Positions 9,931-19,935 are shown, counted from the first letter of the stretch. The stretch is DNA of 64,000 nt from an uncultured Pseudomonadales bacterium (GCA_964574595.1 CAZNOF010000001.1:142721-206720); one strand, 5' to 3'. The notes: generated by a model from the letters alone, not told the origin. A program made the numbers and translations.

Positions 9931-10909
9931 TATGTTTAAAATTCTAACGATAGCTAAAAAAGAATTTACTGATGCCTTGAAGAATAAAGTCTTTCTTACT
10001 TTTTTATTGTTTCTCGTCGGCCTCACTATTATTTCCATTTTTGTTGGAGCTCTTGATTTTCAAAGTAAGGTTTCTGCGTACCAAAATGCATATCAGCAAC
10101 TTATTCAAGGAGGACAGTCAGCAGAGACTCTTACGAAACCTGAGTTTTATCCACTTCAACTGTTACGGGGATCTATAGAGTATTTAGAAATTATTGGTGC
10201 AGTATTAGCAATTTCACTTGGCTATCTAAGTATTGCCAAAGAGAGAGGAAATAATACTCTCCGGCTTATTTTTACTCGCCCCATAAGTAAATCATCATTT
10301 ATGTTCGGAAAATTAGTTGGAAATGCGCTCTTACTATTGTTTATTTCTATTGTTGTTTTTTTTAGTATTTATATTGTTATTACGTTCGTAGGAGGCGTTC
10401 AGCCATCACTCTCAGAGACTTTGAAAATCTGTTCATCCCTTCTGTTTACGTGGATTTATTTATTGATTTTCTTTTTGATATCTGCAACGTTATCTCTTTT
10501 ATTTAAATCACTCCCAAATGCTCTAATTTTAGGTTTTGTCTTATGGATATTGTTTGTGCTTATCATTCCTCAAATCGGAGATACCATGGATACTGACAAC
10601 CAAGTTCCTGGTGGGTTTTTTAAAGCAATACACGTTGACAACCCCCAGTCGAAAATTATCTTACAACAATTTTCTGGATATGAAACGGCGCGTAACGCAC
10701 TAGAAGAAGCTTCTATCACCAAGCATTACGAGAGACTCTTGTTTGCTACGTTGGGAATAAAGGATATATATAATGGAAAATCCATACCATTTATTCTTCA
10801 AGACAAATTAAACGAATCAATTTGGCTACTCTGTTATCTGCTGTTCTTTGGGACGACCATTTTGTTCGTTTTTACGAAGAAACAACTGATTTTGGGGAAC
10901 GATGAATAA
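9911..10909 (+). CDS. ABC-2 family permease (second)
   Basis: Polytopic, with an N-terminus (FKILTIAKKEF) typical of ABC-2 permeases. Confidence 0.65.
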   Translation: MIWWMTNMFKILTIAKKEFTDALKNKVFLTFLLFLVGLTIISIFVGALDFQSKVSAYQNAYQQLIQGGQSAETLTKPEFYPLQLLRGSIEYLEIIGAVLAISLGYLSIAKERGNNTLRLIFTRPISKSSFMFGKLVGNALLLLFISIVVFFSIYIVITFVGGVQPSLSETLKICSSLLFTWIYLLIFFLISATLSLLFKSLPNALILGFVLWILFVLIIPQIGDTMDTDNQVPGGFFKAIHVDNPQSKIILQQFSGYETARNALEEASITKHYERLLFATLGIKDIYNGKSIPFILQDKLNESIWLLCYLLFFGTTILFVFTKKQLILGNDE

Positions 10910-10933
10910 ATTTTCATCTTATTACCATACTGA

Positions 10934-11560
10934 ATGGATATACTAAGTTCTATGAATAATAAAATAACGTACGTAATTGGCGGTGGCGCAATTGTAGTCC
11001 TAGTTCTTTTTTTGGCAGTAAATGCACAAAGCGGCAGTAAGGTCTCAAAACAATCGAATACCGCATTACTCCAACCCACACAGAACCCTCAGCCTACAGT
11101 CTCAAGCCAAAACCCACAAGACATTGTTCCTGGACTGTACAGTAATCCTATTCAAAATGCGTCCACGACTGAAGGGTTTGTACTATCACAAGCAGTCGTC
11201 GAAAATAACGTAGACGGGTCAGGTAAACCAGTAGATGATCATCTAGAATTGTCACTTAAAAACACCTCTGGAAAAGACTTAACAAATTTTGAAGTGTATT
11301 ACACAATCACAGATACGACGAACAATAAAAAAGAAGGATACTACAAAAAGCTTACTGGCTTTGTTCTGAAATCTGGACAAACCAAATCCATACATTTTAA
11401 TAACCAGCAAGGTGACGACGATTTCCCGGTCAATAAAAATGGTCTGTATTACACTTCCTCAAATAAATTGTTATTTGATGTTGAGGTAAGTACGCCAGGC
11501 TACAAAATCCAAACACAGCAAATAGAGAAAGCTGCTGGTGGCGCAGAAACACAGGACTAA
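10934..11560 (+). CDS. Membrane-anchored secreted protein, unknown function
   Basis: TM helix near the N-terminus, a Q/P/S-rich linker and a beta-rich C-terminal domain. It is the last gene of the ABC cluster. Confidence 0.5.
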   Translation: MDILSSMNNKITYVIGGGAIVVLVLFLAVNAQSGSKVSKQSNTALLQPTQNPQPTVSSQNPQDIVPGLYSNPIQNASTTEGFVLSQAVVENNVDGSGKPVDDHLELSLKNTSGKDLTNFEVYYTITDTTNNKKEGYYKKLTGFVLKSGQTKSIHFNNQQGDDDFPVNKNGLYYTSSNKLLFDVEVSTPGYKIQTQQIEKAAGGAETQD

Positions 11561-12021
11561 CGATCATACGTAAACAGAAATCTCGAACTTATTGCCACTG
11601 TAGTCGTAGCGATAGCGACGCTCCCAATGATATCCAGCGTGTGATGCACTCCTGCCAGAACTCTCGCACTCCCTATAATCAACGCAAGAACGAAGAGTAT
11701 CAGCCCAAGTCTCTTGCTATACAAATATGTCACAGCTGCAATTGCCATTGCCAAAAGCATGTGATCTGAAGGAAAGCCGTTATCAAGTGCCGAATCAATC
11801 ATTGGTTTCGTGCCTGAAACGAGAAACGGTCTGGGGTCCGATATGACAAGCGAAAGTATCTTGGCGAAAAGATATGTACATACAAACGAGATGATGCTGA
11901 GGATAATAAAACTTCTAAATCTTTTCTTTTCTGTCTGAAAGAGAAAAAGCGTAAAAACAACGTAAGAAAGCCCACTCACAATGAGGAGATATTTTGCTGC
12001 GAAGATAATGAATATGTTCAT
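11557..12021 (-). CDS. PAP2-family membrane phosphatase
   Basis: Contains the PSDH, SR and AGVHHTLD PAP2 motifs across five TM helices. Confidence 0.7.
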   Translation of the reverse strand: MNIFIIFAAKYLLIVSGLSYVVFTLFLFQTEKKRFRSFIILSIISFVCTYLFAKILSLVISDPRPFLVSGTKPMIDSALDNGFPSDHMLLAMAIAAVTYLYSKRLGLILFVLALIIGSARVLAGVHHTLDIIGSVAIATTTVAISSRFLFTYDR

Positions 12022-12031
12022 AGGATAGCTT

Positions 12032-13069
12032 CTATTTTTTTAGGAAAAAATCTGAGAGATCTTGTGTCGACGGATCAGCAGCTCCTCCCAACAGTGGAGA
12101 AACATCAAATATTTCTTGGATTGTTTTTAGATACGACGTATGGGAATACTCTGTCTGATTGGTGTATCCAGGCTTAATAAATGGTGAGAGCATAATCATG
12201 CCGATTGGGTTATTGTCGTCACTACCAGACCGACCTTCGTCCCATGTTACAAACAACGCCCCATCAGTTTGAAATGTTTTTGAGCTGGTAATCATAGGTA
12301 CTACATCAGAAAGCCACTTGTCTGCTTGCGCAATAGATCCATCATGCATATCGTGATCTAAGTTCGGAGTAATGAACACATAGTTTGGGACTGTTCCATT
12401 CTGCAAGTCTGCCTGTAGCTCTGTGAATGGTCGATTGTGCTCTCTACAATACGTATTTGTGTCCGAAGGTGGATTCCCTGCTAGATCCTGAAAGAACACC
12501 ATTGGATTGTGCTTGGCTGCGTATTTATTGGTATTGGCAACAGGACAGTTGGTACCAGGAATGTCCTCTTGGTATGATTTCCAAGTTAATCCACGTTTTT
12601 CGAGTAACCGTACGAAATGATCTTGAGAGGATGTAGAGTTTTTGGCTGTAGGAACATCATTAGTAGTGAAGATGTGGTCAGCAAAAGCAATCTCTCCTGC
12701 TTCCATAAGAATGTAGTTTGGCTCACTTGGATGTAAGGCAGGTAACTTTTTGGGAACATTGTAGTATTGACTCGCGTATGCCCCTTGCGTAAGAAGTGTG
12801 CCATTCATAAATGGCGCGTTTGTATTGTTTTTTATTTGGCTCCAATCGTGATTTTCCTCCACAATCACGAAGACATGCTGAATCTGTCTGAGCGATTGCT
12901 GTGAAGTGACCGCTACTTGAGCTTGAATCGTAGGTGTGAGGAGCTGCGCTGCGATGTCGTGGTCAGTAAAGCGACGATACACAAGAAATAGAACAGAGAC
13001 TAACCCAAGTGAAAAAATCACTATCAAGGCTAAAAAAGGATGTCGATGTATCGACTTCATATGATTCAT
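12032..13069 (-). CDS. Phosphoesterase-family protein (phospholipase C / AcpA-like), membrane anchored
   Basis: N-terminal TM helix, VIVEENHDW and ITPNLDHDMHDG motifs resembling PLC/acid-phosphatase phosphoesterases. Confidence 0.45.
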   Translation of the reverse strand: MNHMKSIHRHPFLALIVIFSLGLVSVLFLVYRRFTDHDIAAQLLTPTIQAQVAVTSQQSLRQIQHVFVIVEENHDWSQIKNNTNAPFMNGTLLTQGAYASQYYNVPKKLPALHPSEPNYILMEAGEIAFADHIFTTNDVPTAKNSTSSQDHFVRLLEKRGLTWKSYQEDIPGTNCPVANTNKYAAKHNPMVFFQDLAGNPPSDTNTYCREHNRPFTELQADLQNGTVPNYVFITPNLDHDMHDGSIAQADKWLSDVVPMITSSKTFQTDGALFVTWDEGRSGSDDNNPIGMIMLSPFIKPGYTNQTEYSHTSYLKTIQEIFDVSPLLGGAADPSTQDLSDFFLKK

Positions 13070-13198
13070 TGTGCAATTATACTAGCCTGAATATGGGAGA
13101 AACATGAGAATTGAGTGTGACAAAATTACTCATCACTACTACAGTTGTCGTCATTGATGGAGTTGCCGCATCTATAAATCTATAGAGTGTTTGAAATT

Positions 13199-13756
13199 CT
13201 ATGAAAGCTTCCATATGCCAACAGTCGCAACTCTCTTCTCCTGTAAAGTAATAACTACTGTCCAACGTACTGGTCGGAATCTCAGCAGAGAAAGCTCTGC
13301 TTTAATGCCATCTTTGTAAATAGGAAAACACATATAATCATTTGCCAATAAAAACTTGCCAAGCGATTGGATTTTATCGAGGGCCTTTTTCTTGTCTAAC
13401 ATATAGTAAAAAACTTCAGAACAGATTACTAAGTCGAACTTTTTTTCAAACTTTAACTCTTCAATCGCACCAACCCTAAAATCTACACCTTTCACTCTTT
13501 TTCTAGCACGTTCAATTGCCAATGGAGTGACGTCTATTGCGGTAATATCCGTACATATGCCTTGCAACATTTGCGTAAAATGTCCCTCTGCACAACCGAT
13601 CTCTAAAATTGAAGCATGTGGAACGGAATTCGCATATTCGAGTAGTTTCTTAAATCGTTTCTTTTCGTGTGGCGATGTCTCAAAATGCCAATGGTCTTCA
13701 CCTTTAACATCGAAATCTTTCGCAAGTTGTTGGTACACTTTTATTTGTTTTTCCAT
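13199..13756 (-). CDS. Class I SAM-dependent methyltransferase
   Basis: Motif I ILEIGCAEGHFT and motif II DLVICSEV. Confidence 0.75.
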   Translation of the reverse strand: MEKQIKVYQQLAKDFDVKGEDHWHFETSPHEKKRFKKLLEYANSVPHASILEIGCAEGHFTQMLQGICTDITAIDVTPLAIERARKRVKGVDFRVGAIEELKFEKKFDLVICSEVFYYMLDKKKALDKIQSLGKFLLANDYMCFPIYKDGIKAELSLLRFRPVRWTVVITLQEKRVATVGIWKLS

Positions 13757-13885
13757 AATAGGTCCTTATACACTGCTGTTTTGACGGATTCACGTTCTGG
13801 TACTTTATGTCCTGATGATGGGAATAGGATGGGAACATCTTATTTTCATCCTATTCCCATACTTGCCGATTTATACTTTGGGCAT

Positions 13886-14674
13886 ATGTCATCAGAATCA
13901 TCTCCAACATCCGTCGAAAATCACTTGTGGAACAAAGTTCCGGAAATTACCCTCTTTTTCTGGATCATTAAAGTTTTGTGTACGACAGTCGGTGAAACTG
14001 CTGCGGATTTTCTCAATACCAGTCTTCACTTAGGCCTCAATGGAACGACAATCGTAATGGGAACACTTCTGGCAATTGTTCTATTCTTTCAATTAAAAGC
14101 AAAGAGGTACATTCCCGGGCTCTATTGGCTGGCAGTGGTACTCATTAGTGTGTTTGGAACACTGATTACAGATAATCTTACGGACAATTTGGGAGTAAAT
14201 TTATTGACCTCTACGGCAGTTTTCAGTGTTGCCTTAGTAGCAGTGTTTGGAATATGGTATGCGTTTGAAAAAACTCTTTCCATGCACAGTATATTTACTT
14301 TACGAAGGGAATCGTTCTACTGGCTGACTGTCCTCTGTACCTTTGCGTTAGGAACCGCTGCAGGCGATTTGGTTGCTGAGCAGTTTGATCTTGGATACGC
14401 ACTTTCAGCACTCCTCTTTGCCGGGATTATTGCGGCAATTACTATTGCTCATAAAAAATTCAAACTCAATGCAATCGTCGCCTTTTGGGGTGCTTATATT
14501 TTGACTCGACCACTAGGGGCATCGATCGGAGACTATTTATCTCAGCCAAGTGAAAATGGAGGTCTTGGGCTAGGAACCGTTGTAACAAGTATCATCTTCC
14601 TCACTGCAATTTTAGGTACCGTTATCTATCTGGCAGTTACGAAGAAAGATGTTTCAAAACATCTCACAGCCTAA
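13886..14674 (+). CDS. Polytopic membrane protein with three internal repeats (LCTTVGETAADFL / LCTFALGTAAGDL / LTRPLGASIGDYL)
   Basis: The track ORF starts at 13667, but that stretch overlaps the antisense methyltransferase, so the start was moved to the ATG at 13886. Three repeats of helix–G-x-x-x-D–helix are visible in the translation. Confidence 0.45.
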   Translation: MSSESSPTSVENHLWNKVPEITLFFWIIKVLCTTVGETAADFLNTSLHLGLNGTTIVMGTLLAIVLFFQLKAKRYIPGLYWLAVVLISVFGTLITDNLTDNLGVNLLTSTAVFSVALVAVFGIWYAFEKTLSMHSIFTLRRESFYWLTVLCTFALGTAAGDLVAEQFDLGYALSALLFAGIIAAITIAHKKFKLNAIVAFWGAYILTRPLGASIGDYLSQPSENGGLGLGTVVTSIIFLTAILGTVIYLAVTKKDVSKHLTA

Positions 14675-14719
14675 GTTTCTCTCATCTTGCTCTCATCTCC
14701 CTACCAGTATAATAGCCCT

Positions 14720-15394
14720 ATGCAAATACTCATTGTAGAAGACGAGCTTAAGATAGCTCACTTTCTCAAACGTGGACTTTCCGAGGAAGGATATGTTATC
14801 GACCTTGCCCATGATGGCGAACAAGGACTGGAAAAATTTGAAATAAATTCCTACGACCTTATCATTTTGGATATCATGATTCCCAAAATTAATGGCGTAG
14901 CGGTCTGTAAAACTATACGGGAGAAGGATACGAATATTCCCATTTTAATGTTGACCGCAAAAGCTGCCATCGATGACAAAATTGCCGGGCTTGATGCTGG
15001 GGCAGACGACTACATGATTAAGCCATTTTCATTTGCCGAACTTTCAGCACGGATACGAGCATTACTTCGTCGAGGAAAAAAAGCTGACCCCACCATATTC
15101 ACTATAAATAACTTAGAGCTCAATCCTGCGACGAGAACTGCTAGTCGAGCAGGAAAACTTATTACCCTGACGACCAGAGAATACGCACTCCTGGAATATT
15201 TCATGCGTAACCCCAACATCGTCCTTACAAAAACACAAATACTTGAGCATGTCTGGGACTACAATTACGACGGGCTCTCAAATATTGTGGAAACATACGT
15301 AAAATACCTTCGTAAAAAATTACTGACTAGTAGATCAGAAAAAGAGCTCATTCATACCCTTCGCGGTTCCGGGTACATTCTAAAAATTGCGTAA
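14720..15394 (+). CDS. OmpR-family response regulator
   Basis: Starts MQILIVEDE, has LMLTAK and a winged helix (RGSGY). Start taken at the ATG at 14720. Confidence 0.9.
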   Translation: MQILIVEDELKIAHFLKRGLSEEGYVIDLAHDGEQGLEKFEINSYDLIILDIMIPKINGVAVCKTIREKDTNIPILMLTAKAAIDDKIAGLDAGADDYMIKPFSFAELSARIRALLRRGKKADPTIFTINNLELNPATRTASRAGKLITLTTREYALLEYFMRNPNIVLTKTQILEHVWDYNYDGLSNIVETYVKYLRKKLLTSRSEKELIHTLRGSGYILKIA

Positions 15395-15395
15395 T

Positions 15396-16412
15396 ATGTT
15401 TACCAAAGCCCAAGTACAGCTAACCATTCTCTATTCCATCTTTTTCTTAGGTTTGTTTTGGATTTTCAGTTTTGGACTGTATACATGGATGAATAGTTCT
15501 TTTGGCGAGGGATATATTAGTCAAGTTCAATATCGTCAGGGAGAAAAAATAGTTGATGAGGATTCCATAAAACCAGGAAGTAACAACGAAAAGATAGTCA
15601 CGATCGCTGGAGACGTGGCATTGGATCAGTTACTGCGTATTTTAATTGTCCTCAATGGAGTATTCCTGTTTGTCATTCCTGCAGTATCTTGGTATTTAGC
15701 CAAACGAACCCTCAAACCTGTACAAAAAGTACACGAGCGTCAAAGACAGTTTGTTTCTGATGCTTCACATGAGTTGTGCACTCCGCTGTCCATTATGAGT
15801 GGAGAGATGGAAGTCATCCTCAAAAAAGACAGAAGTGCCCATGAGTATAAGAAAACGATTATCAGTACCAAGGAAGAAGTCGAGCGACTCAATACTCTGG
15901 TAGAGAATCTTTTGTTTCTCGCTCGTGAAGATCAACACAAACATTCCCTTCATATAGAGTCCGTAGATATCACGGACGTTGTACATTCAGCTGTCGCATC
16001 CCTGCATCCAAATGCAAGGAGAAAACAAGTTGAGATAAATTTTGTTCCGCCACAGGAGAGCGTTACAACCAAAGGAAACGCTGCGATGCTCCAGCAACTA
16101 TTTGTCAACCTCATCGATAATGCAATCAAATATACGCCTACAAATGGACATATACGTATCTCCATTACTCCAAAAAAAGATGGGGTGGAGATCATCGTAC
16201 AAGATACAGGAATCGGGATTAGTGATGAACAGAAAGCAAAGATTTTCGACAGATTTTATCGAGTTGATTCTGCACGATCGGAAACCAAAGGATATGGATT
16301 GGGATTAGCCATCAGTAAATCAATTATTGATCGACACCATGGGTCTTTAACTGTAACTTCAATAGTTGGAAAAGGCTCGATGTTTCTTGTAAAGCTTCCC
16401 TACTCAGGATAA
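15396..16412 (+). CDS. Sensor histidine kinase
   Basis: H-box HELCTPLS, N-box LIDNAIKYT, G1 DTGIGIS, G2 GYGLGLAI, with two TM helices. Start taken at the ATG at 15396, just after the response-regulator stop. Confidence 0.85.
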   Translation: MFTKAQVQLTILYSIFFLGLFWIFSFGLYTWMNSSFGEGYISQVQYRQGEKIVDEDSIKPGSNNEKIVTIAGDVALDQLLRILIVLNGVFLFVIPAVSWYLAKRTLKPVQKVHERQRQFVSDASHELCTPLSIMSGEMEVILKKDRSAHEYKKTIISTKEEVERLNTLVENLLFLAREDQHKHSLHIESVDITDVVHSAVASLHPNARRKQVEINFVPPQESVTTKGNAAMLQQLFVNLIDNAIKYTPTNGHIRISITPKKDGVEIIVQDTGIGISDEQKAKIFDRFYRVDSARSETKGYGLGLAISKSIIDRHHGSLTVTSIVGKGSMFLVKLPYSG

Positions 16413-16491
16413 GTCTTCCTATTTTCGATTCATCTTCTTCCCACCATTCCCTCTGTATAGTTGGCTATAGAAAGGGGGTGAACAAAATCAT

Positions 16492-16971
16492 ATGAATAAA
16501 TTAACACTACCAGTTCTCGCCTTAGCGATCATTGGAGTTGGTGGAAGTGTCTACACGATCGCAAATAATCGTGCAAATACCGTCCACGCTCAAACAGCTG
16601 CAGTATCAACGCAATCAGCGACAGATATACCTGAGGTTAACGACACACCGGATGTTCAGGAGCCAAAACAAGCTTCTATTACTTCTGGTGTGACCGTTCC
16701 TGAGTCGGCTACGGAGATGGACGATACTGCTGAAAACTCGAAACTCACTACATTGGCAAAAATTAGTGAAGCCCAAGCGAAAGCAGCAGCCGAGAAAAGC
16801 GTTGGTGGTACTGCAAGCTCAGTGAAGCTTGAAGAAGAAAACGGCAACGTGGTCTATACCGTCACAATTGGTGACAAAGAGGTAAAGATCGATGCTGGAA
16901 ACGGCTCAGTACTTCGTACTGAAGCTGCCGATAGCACAGAAACTCATGATCAGACTGATAAGGCTGACTAA
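16492..16971 (+). CDS. Secreted PepSY-domain protein
   Basis: Signal peptide and a C-terminal PepSY-like segment (AKAAAEKSVGGTASSVKLEEENGNVVYTVTIGDKEVKIDAGNGSVL). There is a good GGGGTG RBS upstream. Confidence 0.6.
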   Translation: MNKLTLPVLALAIIGVGGSVYTIANNRANTVHAQTAAVSTQSATDIPEVNDTPDVQEPKQASITSGVTVPESATEMDDTAENSKLTTLAKISEAQAKAAAEKSVGGTASSVKLEEENGNVVYTVTIGDKEVKIDAGNGSVLRTEAADSTETHDQTDKAD

Positions 16972-16990
16972 TGAGACCAGACACAAAGAC

Positions 16991-17018
16991 GGGAGATCGT
17001 AAAGGTCTCCTGTTTTTG
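16991..17018 (+). terminator. Rho-independent terminator after the PepSY gene
   Basis: GGGAGAtcgtaaaggTCTCC hairpin followed by TGTTTTTG. Confidence 0.45.
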
Positions 17019-17132
17019 TAGTACTACTTTTACTGGATGAGAACTAAAGCAAATACTAAAGTGTGTATTTCTCTCTTTATAAAGAGAGTGTTGGAGTGCG
17101 CATAGTAAAGCTGAACTTTCAATTTCTTAATT

Positions 17133-17678
17133 CTACGGCATGAACAAGTAGTGATATTCGTCAAAGGCAAAATAACTTGGGTGGTTGAGTAGCTGATCTG
17201 CTATTTCCCATGCAGTCATATCCTCGGAGATTCGATAAGAAGCATATATATCGACAGTATTATTTCCTACCCTCAAAGCATCTGTCCTCCCAGGCAATTT
17301 ATCTACAGAGTGCTCTAAGGCATACTTCAATGCTTTCTCATCTCGCACAAATCCGTAATACTCTAAATTGCTCAGTAGAGCTGAGAGTGTTGTACCTTGC
17401 GTCAGGCGCAAAGTAATCTTGCCATCACTTCCTTTAGAAGAGCGAGCTTCTTTTGCTTCCGCGGGTGTCATATGCAAACGTTCCAAATAGTAATCCTCAA
17501 CTTTCTTAGGTGAATTCCAATTTTTCCCTGGTGCTTGAAAACTTTCTTCACTTGGTTTTGTCAAACTGATCTGCATTGGTGAATTCGGTTGTTTAATCAC
17601 AAGGGCAACAGACGCCAATATGATGGATAGTAGAATCAAAAGCAAAAGTCGGTTTTTTGTGAACAGTTTTTTTATCAT
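17133..17678 (-). CDS. Membrane-anchored protein, weak resemblance to the N-terminal (non-catalytic) YceG/MltG-like region
   Basis: N-terminal TM helix and a short ITLRLTQGTTLSALL..GFV segment. It is too short to carry a catalytic domain. Confidence 0.3.
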   Translation of the reverse strand: MIKKLFTKNRLLLLILLSIILASVALVIKQPNSPMQISLTKPSEESFQAPGKNWNSPKKVEDYYLERLHMTPAEAKEARSSKGSDGKITLRLTQGTTLSALLSNLEYYGFVRDEKALKYALEHSVDKLPGRTDALRVGNNTVDIYASYRISEDMTAWEIADQLLNHPSYFAFDEYHYLFMP

Positions 17679-17733
17679 CGCTATTTTATTATACGTCTCT
17701 TTGGCAACTCATTTCTCTCTCGAGGTTAATCTG

Positions 17734-17761
17734 TTGACATTTGTCACGATCTAGATATACT
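17734..17761 (+). promoter_or_regulatory. Sigma70-like promoter of the T4SS-like operon (TTGACA-16-TATACT)
   Basis: TTGACA at 17734-17739 and TATACT at 17756-17761 with a 16-nt spacer, about 50 nt upstream of the pilin start. Confidence 0.45.
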
Positions 17762-17811
17762 TTGAGACAATAACAACCATTAGCTGCCCTAATGTATAGA
17801 ATGGGCGGCTT

Positions 17812-18138
17812 ATGAAAAAAATAATTGTTTTCCAATTTTTCGTTTTCTCTTTTTTACTCCTCGCCTCTCCTGTCTTTGCTCAAGCTACCGATATTGCGAA
17901 GGTTCAGAACTTTATTACCAGTATCATCCAATCACTAGTACTCCTCGCAGGAGCATTAGCCTCTGCTTTCTTTGTCTGGGGTGGGATCAGCTATATCACC
18001 AGCTCAGGAAATCCAGAGTCACTTGAAAACGCTAAAAAAACTATTAAGTATTCAGCGATAGGTCTCACTATTTGCTTAGCCGCATTTGTTATTACAAATA
18101 TCGTCACTCAGTTGGCACAGAAAGCATTTGGTCAATGA
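17812..18138 (+). CDS. VirB2/TrbC-like T4SS pilin
   Basis: 108 aa: a signal peptide (SPVFA|QA) followed by two hydrophobic helices separated by a short polar loop, which is the VirB2 topology. Confidence 0.55.
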   Translation: MKKIIVFQFFVFSFLLLASPVFAQATDIAKVQNFITSIIQSLVLLAGALASAFFVWGGISYITSSGNPESLENAKKTIKYSAIGLTICLAAFVITNIVTQLAQKAFGQ

Positions 18139-18154
18139 GTAGAGAACATGAAGC

Positions 18155-19453
18155 ATGCGTCACACCACCGTATTCATCATTTTCATTTTGCTTGCTATAT
18201 TCCTACCGTCGCCTGTTTTTGCTGTTTCCAATAACCTAGAAGTTACACAATTCACCTCATCAACACTCAACACTCTCACTATTCTTGCCTCTTTGGTAGC
18301 CACCTTTTTTCTACTCCAGGGAGGATATCTCTATATCACCTCAGCAGGAAAGCCTGATGCGCTGCAAGCAGCAAAGAAAACAATTCGGAATGCATCGATC
18401 GGATTAGTGTTGGTTCTCTCCGCAAACACAATTACTTCTCTACTCACTGGAGCATTTACGACTCCAAGTATCCCGATAGATGGAAATTCCCTCGCTTTAA
18501 CGCCAATCGAACCCGTGGCTCCAAGTAGCGGGTTGGCTCAAGTGTTAACTGATTCCATCGCCTCTCTACTTCAGAATATTATCCAAAGTGCTACCAAACC
18601 CATTACGGATGCGATTCTTAGCTTTCTCACCATTACCCCCACTCTGGCAACAAACTCCGTAATTTTTAACTTCTGGCTCATTATCGTAGGTATAACCGAC
18701 TCACTCTTTGCACTTCTGATTGCAGTCTTAGGCTTTCAATTTATGAGTGCGTCAACATTTGGATTTGAAGAACTTGAGCTCAAACAATTATTGCCTCGCA
18801 TTGGTCTGGCCTTTTTAGGAGCAAACACATCCATTTTTATCATTGACTGGATTGTGAAGTTGCTCAATGTTCTCGTGTCTGCAATTCTTCATGCCACGGG
18901 AGGACTCAATCAAGTATGGCTTGCCAACGCGTTTAACCCCGCATCACTGTCTACAGATCAAATTGCACTCATCACACTGATCTTTATGATTCTCTTTCTT
19001 ATCCTGGCAGTCGTTCTGCTACTTTTCTATATCACACGCTTAATCGTGATTGCGCTGGGAGCGGTACTTTCTCCATTACTGTTTTTGCTTTGGTCAGTAC
19101 CAAAGTTTGCTGATTTTGCAGAAATCTCAGCCAAGTCGTATCTGGTAACCGTTTTCTCTATCTTCATACACGTTGTCATCATTCAATTGGCTGCTTCATT
19201 TTTAACACTTCCGGGACAGGTGGGAACAAATTCACTGATCTCAATTCTCGTTGGTGTAGGACTCCTTATGACACTCCTGAAAACTCAATCATTTATGATT
19301 CAACTCATGTTTTACAACTCCGGTCGTTCGATGATCAAACGCATTGGTGGGCAGTTGATGAATGTGATGAGTAGTAAGCAATCGGAATCGACTGCGACGC
19401 CATATTTTGCCGATAAATCTATAAAAACTGCGAGAAAGGTTGTGAACGCATGA
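18155..19453 (+). CDS. Pilin-like N-terminal module fused to a VirB6/TrbL-like polytopic membrane domain
   Basis: The first ~100 aa are paralogous to the upstream pilin (SPVFA cleavage site, LAS/LVA helix, YITS[SA]G[NK]P[ED][SA]L..AKKTI). The remaining ~330 aa contain at least five TM helices. Confidence 0.55.
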   Translation: MRHTTVFIIFILLAIFLPSPVFAVSNNLEVTQFTSSTLNTLTILASLVATFFLLQGGYLYITSAGKPDALQAAKKTIRNASIGLVLVLSANTITSLLTGAFTTPSIPIDGNSLALTPIEPVAPSSGLAQVLTDSIASLLQNIIQSATKPITDAILSFLTITPTLATNSVIFNFWLIIVGITDSLFALLIAVLGFQFMSASTFGFEELELKQLLPRIGLAFLGANTSIFIIDWIVKLLNVLVSAILHATGGLNQVWLANAFNPASLSTDQIALITLIFMILFLILAVVLLLFYITRLIVIALGAVLSPLLFLLWSVPKFADFAEISAKSYLVTVFSIFIHVVIIQLAASFLTLPGQVGTNSLISILVGVGLLMTLLKTQSFMIQLMFYNSGRSMIKRIGGQLMNVMSSKQSESTATPYFADKSIKTARKVVNA

Positions 19454-19935
19454 GAACCACTATTATTCCTGCTCAAATTACATCAGTTGAAGATACCATT
19501 GCAGGGAATTTAAACCTGCAACAAATTGTGTTGTTTATTCTTTCCCTTTTTATCAATACCTTTTTGTATGCGCTTCTTCCTATGCGCCTTGCGTTTACGT
19601 TCTACAAAATTCCAATCATGATCGCGGTCTTCGTAGTATGCATTGGTCTATCGCTTCGAATTAAGCAACGGATCGTTCTCGATTGGCTGGTTGTCTTTGT
19701 TCGATATGCCATTCGTCCACATCTGTATTTCTTTAATAAGAATTCGGAAGTTTTCCGATCCATCGTCGTTGAAAAAGTAATTCTCAAACAATCATTCAAA
19801 CAAACTCCTATTCTCGATTACAAGCTAGATCGTCCCAATTCATCCGCCTTCGACTATACATCCCTTTTACGTAATCCATCGCTAAACATCCAGTTCAAAC
19901 GCAATCGTGTTCAGGTAATCAAAAACTATGAGTAG
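19450..19935 (+). CDS. VirB3/PrgI-like small membrane protein
   Basis: 161 aa with two TM helices, immediately upstream of VirB4 and overlapping the previous gene by ATGA. Confidence 0.4.
   Translation: MRTTIIPAQITSVEDTIAGNLNLQQIVLFILSLFINTFLYALLPMRLAFTFYKIPIMIAVFVVCIGLSLRIKQRIVLDWLVVFVRYAIRPHLYFFNKNSEVFRSIVVEKVILKQSFKQTPILDYKLDRPNSSAFDYTSLLRNPSLNIQFKRNRVQVIKNYE

Noticed and set aside
13667-13885. 5' extension of the membrane-protein ORF (track start 13667)
   Set aside because: This stretch overlaps the antisense methyltransferase gene and has no RBS. The ATG at 13886 gives a sensible N-terminus.
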